Below, piece after piece: positions 38,554 to 51,200 of a stretch of DNA of 64,000 nt. How positions within the stretch are numbered: position 1 is the stretch's first letter; the number at the start of each line of letters is the position of its first letter. Below the pieces are notes generated by a model that was not told the origin of the DNA, ran no database searches, and was given only the letters and a program-made list of their open reading frames with translations. Location of the stretch: assembly GCA_964188305.1 (NCBI GenBank), contig OZ076890.1. The stretch is one strand, 5' to 3'. This DNA is from Podarcis bocagei. Taxonomy: Eukaryota. The translations under genes were made by a program, and so were the position numbers.

Positions 38554-39858
38554 GTAACCAGTTTGGTACCACTGTGTGCATGCTGTGAGCCAGACGGTGC
38601 AGACAGCAAGATTTTTATATATTCAAAGGCAGAAGGAACAATAAATATTGGGCACCTTGCTGTACAAATCTCACTGAAATTAATATAAAGTATGAGCATT
38701 TTTCTTTTTGTATGCATTTCTCAATCATTTCGATGAAGTTTGTTCAACCAGACATCCTTGTGGTGTGCCAATTGACAGCATTATCCTGAAGCATACACAC
38801 TTAATAGAAGCAAATAAAAGTGGGTAGTTCAAATGCTGGTAGTTCAATTTTTATTTACCTCTTGTAGCTCGTAATAATTTCCAAGTAGCAACCTAGATAT
38901 AATACCCTAACCTAATTAGAAGCCACCTACCTGTGCAATTAGCACAAGGAACTGTGTGTTGCACAGGCAGTTCTCCAACCCAATTTAGTAGTAGAGTGCA
39001 GTACATAAAGTCCTATAGAGTATGCTGTAAACGTGGTGATAAACAGTTTATCCCCCGTTCTATTCTCCCTACCAAACAGCTGATTGGCAACATAGCAGCT
39101 TATTTTACAGGGCTGTATGAATTCTACTTCCACTAATGCACATGCACACTGATAGATAAGGGTCCCTGTTTCTACTCTCCACATCCGATCGTCTTTGAAT
39201 TATGTCTAATGTCATCATTTTATATCCGAAATATTTTTTCAGCTATACAAAGTAACATTCATAGCACCAACCCTAAACTCTAATCTTAACAAAGAAAAAA
39301 CTGATTCGTATTCCTACTGAAATAAGTGAATTGGATGGTACACTTTGGGAAAATATACACACACTCTTGGATCTTCATACATGCACAGATGCTGAAAACC
39401 AGCTTATATATAGTTTACTCCTTACCAGTCCTACTGTTCTAATGCAATTTCTCGAAAATAAATGGATCAAGCATTATAGTATACATATTGGGTAAAGAAT
39501 GGTAGTACTTCTTTTTAAAGTAACCCTCTGCCCTGTTTTAGCTATGTTTTGTCTTTTTCAGTTTAAGTGAAGCAATGATTATTGCCCCAACCTAGTCATC
39601 TCCTCCACACACTGCAGATCCACATGCACAAGTGTCCTGCTGCACAGTTGATATGCTTTCTGTATGCAAAGGCAGCTGTGGGATTCCACAATGTGGGGAA
39701 ATGTTGTGAAGATAGGGCAAGGATCCACAATGCTTAGAGCTGGGGATGGGAGCAGGGAATTGTCCTTGGCCTTGTGCTGAGTTCCGAAGGTGCTGTACAA
39801 GATGAGAGGCAAGACCGCACCTGTCAAGGCCAGAGAAAATGTATGGACCTCTGAGTAC

Positions 39859-39930
39859 AGAATCACAGAACTGGAAAGTTGGAAGGTACCCCAAGGGTCA
39901 TCTAGTCCAACCACCTGCAATGCAGGAATA
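39859..39930 (-). mobile_element. CR1-type 3' tail fragment (related piece at 24320-24366)
   Basis: agaatcacagaa...gttggaaggtacccc..ggtcatctagtccaacc. Confidence 0.65.
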
Positions 39931-41334
39931 TCAGATAAACCATATTAAGAGTCTCATGCTCTACTGAGAGTAGGAAGAGCTCTTTTCCTCTGCATGCGGA
40001 AGACAGCATCTGATGCAAGCAACTTACGTCTGATAACAGCTACAGTCAGATGACTGTCCTTTTCTCACCATAGCCACAAACAGCTGTACACTTGTGCCTT
40101 TCTTACGCAGAGGGAATTACTCACAGGCAAGTGTATGTTGGCCAAAGGCACTGCCGCAGCAAAACCACTTCATGTTTATTAACAGAGTAGCACTTGTTAA
40201 CATTTTCTACCCCATTCTTAATTGCCCATGTCTGTCCACCTGCCTTGCGAACACTGCATTCTTTGAGAACTATGGATATGATATTTCCCCTTGGGGGCTC
40301 AATTACCTGCATGAAGAGCTTTACAGAGTCCTGCCCCCCACTCCAGTATGTGCACAGAGGTACACACAAGCATGTTATCTCTGGCGTTTTAATAATTGAA
40401 CAGAAGGAAATAGCTGCAATGGTGATAGGCGAGAACACACAAAAATCCCATTTCCCAGAGCGCCCTGACATGTTGGCATGCCTTTCTGCCCGCATTGAGG
40501 GGAGGAAAGGATGAAAACAGGGCTCTGTTAAGCCCTATGGGGATTCTTTCACCTGCAGGGGCTATATCTACATAAGCAAAGATCATGTCATATATATTCT
40601 GTTCATACTGCTTTCAGTCAGCTTTTGATTTAGACATCACACCCAAGCGAAAAGGTCAGGCACAGTCATTTTTTATCAAGACAGCCTTGAGAAGCCTAAA
40701 AACAATAGACCTATCTAAACCCTCTATTTGTTACACAAGATGAAACATAAATAGCCTGCCTTTCTTAATAACATGCCTTGAGAAGCCGGTGGGTTTTTTT
40801 CACTAGAAGAGCAACGTAAAACTACTCCAATCCAGAAAACTTGATTCCGCTTTACAAAAGCAGCTGCAAAGCTATTAAATCTATGTGTTGTGTGACCCCC
40901 ATTCAAATTGATCTGCTACTGACTAAATTATGGAGTAACAAGCCTCTTTATATAATATGGAACTGGTCTGTTTTTGGACGGGGCGGGGGGAGATGCTGGG
41001 ACTCAGTGTGGGAAATCTACACTGTTATCCACAAGCAAAATATGCATTAGATTTGTTTATTTATTTAATCAGGGGGGGGGGCTGTAGAGAGAGGAGATGA
41101 GGCACTGAATTCATTCTAACATGAGTAAATTTTCTAATTTAGTTAAATGAAAGGTCAGTACTACCAATTACTAAACACAATAATGTCTCAATCCTACAGT
41201 AAGTGGTTCTGTAAGTGTACATGCTATGGTAAGATTGAAATGAAAATGCTAAGACTATGTAAAACATACAGATTTGCTTTATATTTTGACTGAAGAACTG
41301 TTTTGTGTCCCTTTCTGTTCTTTTCTAAATTAAG

Positions 41335-41379
41335 GCTGCTGGTGAAGCTACTAATAATTTATATAAAGTATGGAAAAAG
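41335..41379 (+). CDS. GRIK1: GRIK1 exon 9, 45-nt alternative cassette (GluK1-1 insert): AAGEATNNLYKVWKK
   Basis: Pyrimidine tract, taag| acceptor, AAG|gtttgt donor; 15 codons, phase 0-0; resembles the mammalian insert as I recall it (AAGEVSKHLYKVWKK). Confidence 0.92.
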
Positions 41380-42191
41380 GTTTGTATATAGACAGATGAT
41401 GTAAGAAACCTACAGGTTGAGTCTGAAAAAAACTCTTCCTTAGGGTTTTGACAAATGGTCTCCAATTGCAGTTTAGAGACAATAAAAGTCGGTCTTAGAA
41501 TAAACTATGCTATGTAGTATAGATTTTTGATTAACCACTACGTTTTATCTATCCAGTTGTAGAGTGCTGAAGTCACAGTGAGTTTTGGCCACAATCCGCT
41601 GAGGAGTCAGTATTATATGTAACAGCTTTCACTTTAGGGTGCAATCCTGCTATTAGCAATGCTCATTTCAAGACCTTATGGGATTTATACATGAGTAAGA
41701 AGGCAGCTGGATTGCAGCCTCAATATTTTGCAGTGATACTGGAAAAATAAAACACCTGGAGGGCCGAGGTTGAGGAAGCCTGTTTTAAGAATTCCTTTAC
41801 AATAATATAGTCTTTTTCTACTGAATAGTGAGATCAGATTATGGGAGTCTGAAATGCTGATTACCTTTCCATTGTATCTGATGGCAAAGTGTACAAAACT
41901 AGGACCAAGTTTTAAACACTATCTAGATGTTACGCCCTAGTCCAAAACATATGATATAGAAGTACTTTCCATTTATTTTGAGAAAGCTTACTTCCATGTA
42001 AATGCCACAATTAAGCGGCACTGTTTGCATGCACTTAGCCTTGCCCTTTAAGGAGCTTCTCCAATTAAAAGAGAAATAGTGTATGCATGAGAACAACCTA
42101 AGTATTTTCCTATCACAAAGCAGGAAGCTCTCATTGCAGCCCACTTGTTTAAACCTAGGATAATGGTTATATATCTTGCAACAATAATTTA

Positions 42192-42207
42192 TATCTATCT
42201 ATCTATC

Positions 42208-42244
<37 letters not shown>

Positions 42245-42260
42245 GCTATCTATCTATCTA
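42192..42260. repeat. (TATC)n microsatellite, imperfect
   Basis: Read directly. Confidence 0.95.
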
Positions 42261-42834
42261 AACTCCAGGCACAGTATTATTAGTTACAGCTTCTCATCAA
42301 TCTCATTATAACCTAATAAAATGCCTAATTATTAAACATATTTTAATAAGCAGTAAACTAGTCAAAGATTTTTTAAAAACCAATTTTTCTCATCAACTAA
42401 TGTGTCATGATCTGACATATTGTAACAAATCTAGGTGGGCTTTCACCCCCTCTTTTCATTGTTGGTAGTTCAAGTTATTATGCTGAATTAATTTAATCCA
42501 GATTCTAATGAATTAAAAAAATGCACTGGACACTATTTGCCATATTTTATGCTTTGAACTTGTCACTAAACTGCAATAAATCTCCTGAATTCACCCTAGT
42601 GCTGTGGTACTTTGGTCTCGTTCCTTCAATGCCCTCCTGACCTTTCCCATAACTGTAAGGTTGGCCTACACTCTCATTCCTTTGATGCTAATGTACAGTG
42701 TATATATTGTATTCTGTAAGTTTTGTGACTGTATTGTTCCATTTTTAATTATTTTTTGGTATGAATGTGTTACAATTTCCCATTGTCAACAATTCCACAC
42801 TCAGTGTAAGTACAACAGGAAACCTACAGGACAT

Positions 42835-43040
42835 TGGTTTGTGGTAGCACATGCATTTTACATGTATAACCTGTAGTTCAACCTCTGCTATCTTCAGCCA
42901 CAACCTATCAGGTTGCAGGGCTGGGAAAAAGCTTTGCCTGAGATTTGAGAATTGCTGCAGATTTGAGAATTGCTGAAGAGTGATAGACAGCATCGGACAA
43001 CATGGCTCATTGGTCTGACTTAATACACAGTAGTTCCTTA
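42835..43040 (+). mobile_element. Degenerate Squam3-like SINE with internal duplication
   Basis: agggctgggaaaaagctttgcctgaga; agatttgagaattgctg twice; ttggtctgact tail. Confidence 0.6.
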
Positions 43041-45714
43041 CAGTTATGACTTTATTGCAAAGACTGCAAAGAAAAAAATCTGAATCTATGAATAGTGTAT
43101 CTTCCCCTCACTCCCGGCAAACCTACATTATTATACAAGTATTTCATTTATTTTAGAATCAATACCACTGAATTGATTCCCTCTGAAAGTGAATGAAAGA
43201 AAGCTTATAGTGAGAAAATAAAAATATAGCAATGCTATTCCAAACAAACAGAAGCAAAGAACAGGATTAGATAGTTTGTTTCATGTTGATGCTGACAATC
43301 AGCCCCAGAATACTGAAACAAACAAACAACCCAAAAATGGCCATTATTTTTGAGCACAATACTTCAAAGAATATAGCTTTAATCATGAAAATTAAAGCAG
43401 GAATGAGGTATCAGCAGGCCGAGGCAGTAAAAACAAAGTAATTTCCTAAGAAAGCTAAGGATATCCTGCAGGTTTTCACCTACTGAAGACCTGATTTTTT
43501 ATTATTTCATCTATAGTACAGCACTTTCCTATAATGCCTTGCATACCTGAAATATCTATAACAGTTCAAATAATAATTAAGTATTGTACTTATTGCCTCA
43601 AGTACAATACTTTTCAGAGAGGCAGTTCACACATTCCACTAAATATCACTGAAGAATCAACCCAAAGATGCTGATGGATCTTAAATTCAGAGAGCCCCTA
43701 ATTTAAAATTATCTTGCCAAAGTCAATATTGACAACTGACAGATAATGGCGTCTTGCCAATTTCTGATTTCAAAAATAGTGCCCATCCAGGCTGAATTAA
43801 ATCTACTGGGTCATGAGAAAAGCATAACAGAACACTGACAGATCATTGGCAAAATGGAACAGATCTGATGGATCAGGACTGAAATCTGGCAGGAAATTGA
43901 CAGAATCTGATAGATCACTAGTAGAGCTTGTGTGTTTCTGCTGCTATTTGAGTTGTGTGGGTGTGACTCATTCATTGGGCTGGATCTGAAGATCTAAACT
44001 TTTAGACCCTGATACAAGTCACAGATGCCCCAAATGTGGTTTTACTGGTGACACCACTAAAATAATGGTCATTGTAGAAGTTCTAAGACACTATCAGCAA
44101 GACACAGATTCAGACAGACAGCATCTTATCTGGCAGTCTTGGTATACAATATTATCAAGTGGTCTCAGAAAGCAATCTGTCCAAATTTCACTGGATGAAG
44201 CATCAAGAAATCCAGATATGTATTAACTATGTACTAATATAAATGCTACCTAGCTGGTGTATTTCACTTTCTTTCTTTCATTCTTTCATTCATTCATTCT
44301 TTCATTTATTTTATTTGTATGCCGCTTTTCCACACATCTCATGCTCAAAGCGGCTTACAATAAAGAAATAGGGATGCATTTCAAACGAACTCTACAAAAA
44401 CAATTCCACAAAAACACAAAAATAGTAACAAAACCACATGTCAATATTATACGTACAGTATAACAAGATTACTTTAAAAACATGCAGCATCTATTAGCAA
44501 AAATAACAAGGGTGCTTCACAGTTTCAACGTAGAAGCAGAAACACCCTCTCCATTCAAGTAAATGCCAGTTGCAGGAATACAATTAATATGCCCATTTTT
44601 TGTAATGCAGATGACAGGTACAGGGGATCAAAGCACCTTTGAGACTATGTGAGCTATTTGCATTGACAGGGAAGACTTAGCACCAATGATGTAGATAGTG
44701 GTGGAGAAGGATTAAATTTATTCTCTCTGTCCTGCAGTCACATTCACCCCCCCCACACACACACACACAAATCCACAAACATGTGGATTTGTGCAATCAA
44801 CACATCTGCTTTGGCCCTATTCTTGGTCATTGATAGCTATTTTTCTTCCCCTGCAATTCCATTAAAGCCTAAGGGGCTGAAAAATTGAATTCATGCACAG
44901 TTGATTTTACAAGTATGTTATTGTTTGCTTTGCAGTTTACATGCATGCCACTAGATGGGATTTCAAATTCCACTGAAATAAGAAATCTGCCTCCTGAATA
45001 CCTAGGCCTAAAGCACCTAAAAGTCGTCTTGTTACAAAATGCTCTTGGGTTTGGAAAAAAGGCCAAGGCCAGATTTCCCTACCTCTTTTGTTTTAATTTT
45101 CTGAGCTATCACTGATCAGTGGGTCATTTTATTGGTTCTGTCATATACAATAGTCACAAAGTAACTAAAATAAATCTGTACCTTCAGCAGGTTTCAACAG
45201 AAGAGAAGGGCCAGTGAATATAGCAGCCTATTTCAGCATATTCTATAAACTGATGGATTAGAAAGGAAAGGTTTTCTTACGTTTCCACTTCACCTTTACA
45301 AAAACAACCACCATGAACTAGACATTTAGAAGAGAAATCTAGGTGTTCCACAATGCAGGCTGGTTTGCTTAAACAAAACTATATATTTTTAATATTTTTA
45401 TACATAACTAATGTAACAGTCTTGTGACTAGGCCATCTCAGCATGCTTTTTAATGAGCAATGTGTTTCCCTCGACTAACAGTACTCATAATCCATCATTT
45501 ATTATAGATCCGTTACTTTAAAATGCAGCTGGTCTGCTCCTTTAATATCCTATATAACTTGTTTGTTGCTCAATTGCTGTAAAGTACAGTATTGCCTAAA
45601 AAAAAAAAAATATTCCTGGGCAGAACTGTCAACTGCATTTTTTTATATGAATTATCCTTTCCTTAACACAATTAATGAAGGTTGGCAGCCATTTATGTAA
45701 TTTGTTCTATGTAG

Positions 45715-45828
45715 ATTGGGCTTTGGAACTCAAACAGTGGCCTTAATATGACTGACAGCAATAAAGACAGATCTACCAATATCACTGATTCGCTGGCGAA
45801 CCGAACGCTCATAGTCACCACTATTTTG
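45715..45828 (+). CDS. GRIK1: GRIK1 exon 10 (114 nt): [38 protein letters not shown]
   Basis: Translated by hand; gtag| acceptor, TTG|gtaagt donor; ATD-S1 linker with N-glycosylation sequons. Confidence 0.96.
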
Positions 45829-46301
45829 GTAAGTTTTGGCATGCATTGTTGCTACACTTTGTGTAATATCTTTGGTTAATTCACGTTGCCTTACTAACCA
45901 CTTACTTAATCACTACACATTTGTGTTCATTCATGAAAGGGATGGGTGTTTTCAGCCTCAAGAAGCTTTAGCAGGGGAACTTTCCCATCCTACCCTCTCC
46001 CTGCACACCCCATAAATCTGCTACAGAAGGTGAGGAGCAGCTAATAAATGCTATTAACAAACAAACAAATAAATCAGGGATCTTTGGGAAGCATGTCAGT
46101 TTCTTCACTAAAAAATTATACCAGACTTTTGGCTCTGCCATAGTTTTATGCTACTGTGCTATTCTTTATATAGTATTTATTATTCTTAAGTAGCCCATGT
46201 ACAATTTTATCAAGCAATTAAACATTTCCTGTATTTTATCAATCACAGATGTACTTAAGAAGAGTAATTTCTGAGACATGCCTTGTGTCTTTTTCATGCA
46301 G

Positions 46302-46505
46302 GAAGATCCGTATGTCATGTACAAGAAATCTGACAAACCCCTTTATGGCAACGACAGATTTGAAGGGTACTGCTTGGATTTGTTGAAGGAGTTATCAAAT
46401 ATTTTAGGCTTCATCTATGAAGTGAAACTAGTGTCTGATGGGAAATATGGAGCCCAGAATGACAAAGGAGAATGGAATGGGATGGTCAAAGAACTCATTG
46501 ATCAC
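46302..46505 (+). CDS. GRIK1: GRIK1 exon 11 (204 nt), S1 ligand-binding segment: [28 protein letters not shown]...[13 protein letters not shown]
   Basis: tgcag| acceptor, CAC|gtaaga donor. Confidence 0.97.
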
Positions 46506-47429
46506 GTAAGATGGAATCACCTTCTTCATGCTTGTCAACCAGCAATAGCTGGATACATATATTTAAACTAGCAGGACACTCAGCCTTTTTAAAAATAATA
46601 ATAATAGACTGAATAACCATTTGAGATGCAAGAAGAATTAGAATGGGAAAGTGTATACTGTATATACATATACTCAGGAAAGAGTATGGTTATCAGTTTC
46701 TGCATAAAAACATTTTTTTCCTACAAGAGCCAAATTTTCTTCCCCATGTGGTAAGCAGTTTAGCTGCATCTTATAAGAACTTTGAAGGCTTCGTGTCAAC
46801 AGCCAAAGAAAGCTGGATAGATCACAAGGAAGTGGAAACTTATGACTAATTTTTCTCCATACACAGATTGGTCCACTGTATCTGTTTATCTTGCCACTTT
46901 GCTCCTCTGGGGTATAATCCCCAGCAGCTTTCTTTAGCAGCAGGGAGTCTTCAAAGTTCTTAACAAGCAGAGTCAGCCCATTTCTCATGTGGTGAGCACA
47001 ATGCATAGTCTAGCTATTATGATATAGACATGGAGACGTCTAATATGTGCATCATTTCTCTTGGAAGCATGGGTGGGCCTATTGTAGCCACAACCACATG
47101 ATGCCAAGATTATCTGCAGTGGTACATTTGTATTTCCCACATGAAAGCTTTGCTGTGAAAGTGTCAGTCTGGAAGTCCAATGGAAAAAGGCTGTAACTGC
47201 TTTAATGCTTCTTCAAGGCATCACTGCACCACACACTCTGAATTATTACTATGAAATTAACATAGTTTGAATGATGCTATATTTCCTCCCCATTGAGCTT
47301 CAATGAGAAAGTTATTTTTCATTTAAATTTTATCAGTGCTTACAGTTATGAGCAAATGAATCTTATTTGTGTCAGCACGCTTGAGGAAAGTGGAGAAATA
47401 AAAAATGTGGGTACATTATTATTTTTTAA

Positions 47430-47687
<258 letters not shown>

Positions 47688-47917
47688 TAAGTTGAAAGGT
47701 CATGTCTAACACTAAGCCACATTAATAACTCTTTTTCTATGCATTGTACACTGACCACATACATTATTCTTGTCTCCAAAATAATAATCACATGATATTC
47801 TGTGCACTATTCTATACATAATATTGTGAACTCCAGAGCTTTATTATTGTAGAAACAGGAAACAGAAGAATTTGTAGAGCAGATGGGGTTTCCACAGTCA
47901 ATAGGCATATTAAGAAA

Positions 47918-48273
47918 GGGTTAAAGGTAAAGGTAAAGGGACCCCTGACTGTTAGGTCTAGTTGCGGACGACTCTGGGGATGCAGCGAAGGACTCTGGGG
48001 ATGTATGGCCGAAGGAGCCGGCATACAGCTTCCGGGTCATGTGGCCAGCATGACTAAGCCGCTTCTGGAAAACCAGAGCAGCGCATGGAAACGCCATTTG
48101 CCTTCCCGCCGGAGTGGTACCTATTTATCTATTTGCACTGCATGCTTTCAAACTGCTAGGTTGGCAGGAGCAGGGACCGAGCAACAGGAGTTCACCCCGT
48201 CACGGGGATTCAAACCGCTCGCCTTCTGATCAGCAAGCCCTAGGCTCTGTGGTTTAACCCACAGCGCCACCCT
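47918..48273 (-). mobile_element. Near full-length Sauria SINE with 12-bp TSD
   Basis: Reverse complement of the 28442 copy; (AAAGGT)n tail; TSD catattaagaaa at 47906-47917 and 48296-48307. Confidence 0.92.
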
Positions 48274-51200
48274 GTAACCTAAGGGTTACTATTACCATAT
48301 TAAGAAAAAAACAATACTATGTTTTTAAATGAACACTTAAAGCTCCTTTACATGGCATCACTGGCTAAAAATAGCCAGAGTTAACAAGAACAAAACAAGA
48401 ATATGTGGGGGACGGGATGGAGACGACGACAGGGGGATGTACCTTTCTACTCCATACTAAACTGCAAAATTTCCCTTTGGTGCAAATATTTCTGCAATGT
48501 GGTAACGTTGTCAACACTCTACTATATTAGCACTTGTTGGCATCCCTCTACGCAGTGTGTATGAAGGTGGTGGGCTACCCAGACAACAAGACCCCCATCT
48601 CGGTCTCACGGATGTTAGCACTATGCATGAGGTTACTTATGATGGTGGAGTTGAGAATAGAAGGGCTTCACACTGTCTCTTAACTTGACTATGGCCAGGA
48701 TACGCAACATGTCACATGCACTTGGGGAGGGACTGGCAACTAGATATACAGCTGGAGTTACTTTGTACTATAGTCTCTCTTGGCAAGGCATTTAACCAGC
48801 GCTTTCCAAACTATAACCGAGAGAAACATGAGATGCTTTGGATTTTTTATTAGATATTTTCAGTGGTCTTCCCTCCCACTTCTTGATTCAACCCTCTGTG
48901 TCTTCTACAAAGCCTTTACTGAAGGTCAAGGCATCTTCGGCCTGGATAATGTGATGAAGCTTGTACAATCTACCTCCCCTGATTTTGAACAATTCCCTTC
49001 TCTCCCCCCCACACATCCCAGGCCTTTCTTGGGAGGGGGTGTCCCCTGACCACCAGAAGAGAGACTTTATGGTTGTGCAGCACAGCCCAAGATCAATAAT
49101 GAATGGACATCATTGGGTCCATGCAGAGTTTGTATGAGGCCCAGGGCGGGAATCTTGTTCTTGGCATGACAGCGTAACTTCAGCAGACCAAACAGGACTC
49201 CCTGACTAGCTTAGTCCTCCAAGGCCCAGGGCAAGTGTACCTGGCTGCTGCCCGCCCCCCCTCCATGAGCCTGCACATAACTAAACATTGTCTTGCTGAG
49301 GCACACTGACACAAGCAGAGTGTTGGTTTGCTTCGAAGACCACTTGCAATACATTTGCAGCAATTTCAGGTGCCACCTGAACTGTTTGTGCTCTCTAGAA
49401 CATTTCCCAGACTCTTCCACAGTATGTGGGGATTCTGTAGCTGGCATACTGATGCAGAGAAGTTCTTTACAAAGTAAAAAGTTTGGAAACTCCTAGGTTA
49501 CATCATAGTACTGTGAATAAATCAATTTGGTTCAACCAAAGTGATTTTCAAAGTAGATATGCTATCAAACTGTACTTTTTAAGGTTGTTTCATACTTTAA
49601 AATGAACAATTAGAGCAAAATATCCAAAACCATATTCAACTTAGTTGTACATGTGGCAGAGTGTGAAATTAATGGTCTGGTTTTCCATGCAAATCCTAAA
49701 CAAGGCTGTTGCAAGTGCAGCCACTGTTTACAGTCATAAACTCTGGCAAAATCTGCTCACTGTACCATGAATAATAGATTTGACTCTGCATGGACCATGA
49801 GCTCATACATGACTAATAACAATCTGACCATCGTTGACAGATTTCTTTTGTCTTCTGTGTAATGAGCCAAGACTGAAACTAGCTCTAGTCTCTAAGAAAA
49901 AGATGGGTGAAAATAAGTAACCTGCAACTTCCTCTCTCTTGGGCTTGATTCAGCAATGTCAACACAAGATGCTCTGAATGTATGCCAATCTCCAAACGTT
50001 GACATATCCGCTTAGTTGTAATAGCTAGATATGAGCATTTTTTATTATTATTACCAGCTTTCTCTTCTAGCAAAGTGTTTGTGTCCTCAACAGTTATCTG
50101 AGAAGCAGATACTTAGCAGTATTTTCCTAGCATGGAGATGAAATGATAAGAAAAGCTTCTGCCAGGCATGAGCTCTTTAGGACGCCGAAGTTCTAACAGA
50201 AAAGAAAGGTGGAATCTCTAGTGCTTCCTTCCCTTTCATATCAGGACAAAATGTTTAGATGCTTCTCCAGTTATTTGGAGAAGCTTTAAAGATAAATGTT
50301 AAACGCTTTTAACATTTTAGAATTTTCAACGGACAAGCGAAGTGTCCAGACAACAGGTCAGGGGGCTATGAATTGCTAACTAGAATCAAAAAACACCACA
50401 CAGGGATCTCTGCAAGCTTATTTCTTTTTTTGTAATTTTTAAAATCAGTTTTCCAATATACCCCCAATAATAGCCAAATTATAACAATAACAATTCATTC
50501 CCTAAGACAACAGCTATAATTAATTATTTCCATTCAGGATTTTATAATATATAAATTTATAAAGCTTCAAGTGAGGAACTCAAACTATTATCTTTATTCT
50601 GCCCTTAATGGTGGCATACGAGGGGTTTTGCCAGGCAAAGTGCTTTTGCACTCAGCGCCTCTCTACCTCCCACATTCCATGCCAGACCCAAAGCCAGGTA
50701 CCAAAACGAATTTCAAGTGAAGCCCATTCCCCCCTCCCCCGTCCCTGCGGGGAATTTGCAAGGATGATTTACCCTCTGTCATCTTTTTCACTCATTGATG
50801 ATCCCCCGCTGTCATGGGGGCTGCCTCCATTAAGGCAGGTGGGACCGGAAGCCTTCTGCAAACTTATTTCTGAGAATAATTAATTTTCTTCATTTAAAAT
50901 TATATTTTCTTCTATTTTCAATATACCTCATTTTTATAATATGCTCACAGACATGCACACATGCACAAAGACACCCTTGAGAAGTTGTACTTGCTATTAT
51001 TAGATTTCTTCCCAGTGCATCACCACAAGATCTCCAGGTGGGTTACAGCAATGCCAAAACACAATATTACAATCAGCTAAAACAATTTACAATCAAAAGA
51101 ACCTAAAAACATCTTTTTCAGGTGTCAAAGGCTAGGGTTACGAGATATGTATTCAGCAAATAACTAAAGCTATATGATGAAAGTGCCAGAGCAGCTTGAT

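Noticed and set aside
45651-45680. U12-type branch consensus TTTCCTTAAC with an AG 13 nt downstream
   Set aside because: The upstream donors (gtaacc, gtttgt) are U2-type, no RTATCCTT donor sits at an exon end, and that AG would add 34 nt and shift the frame.
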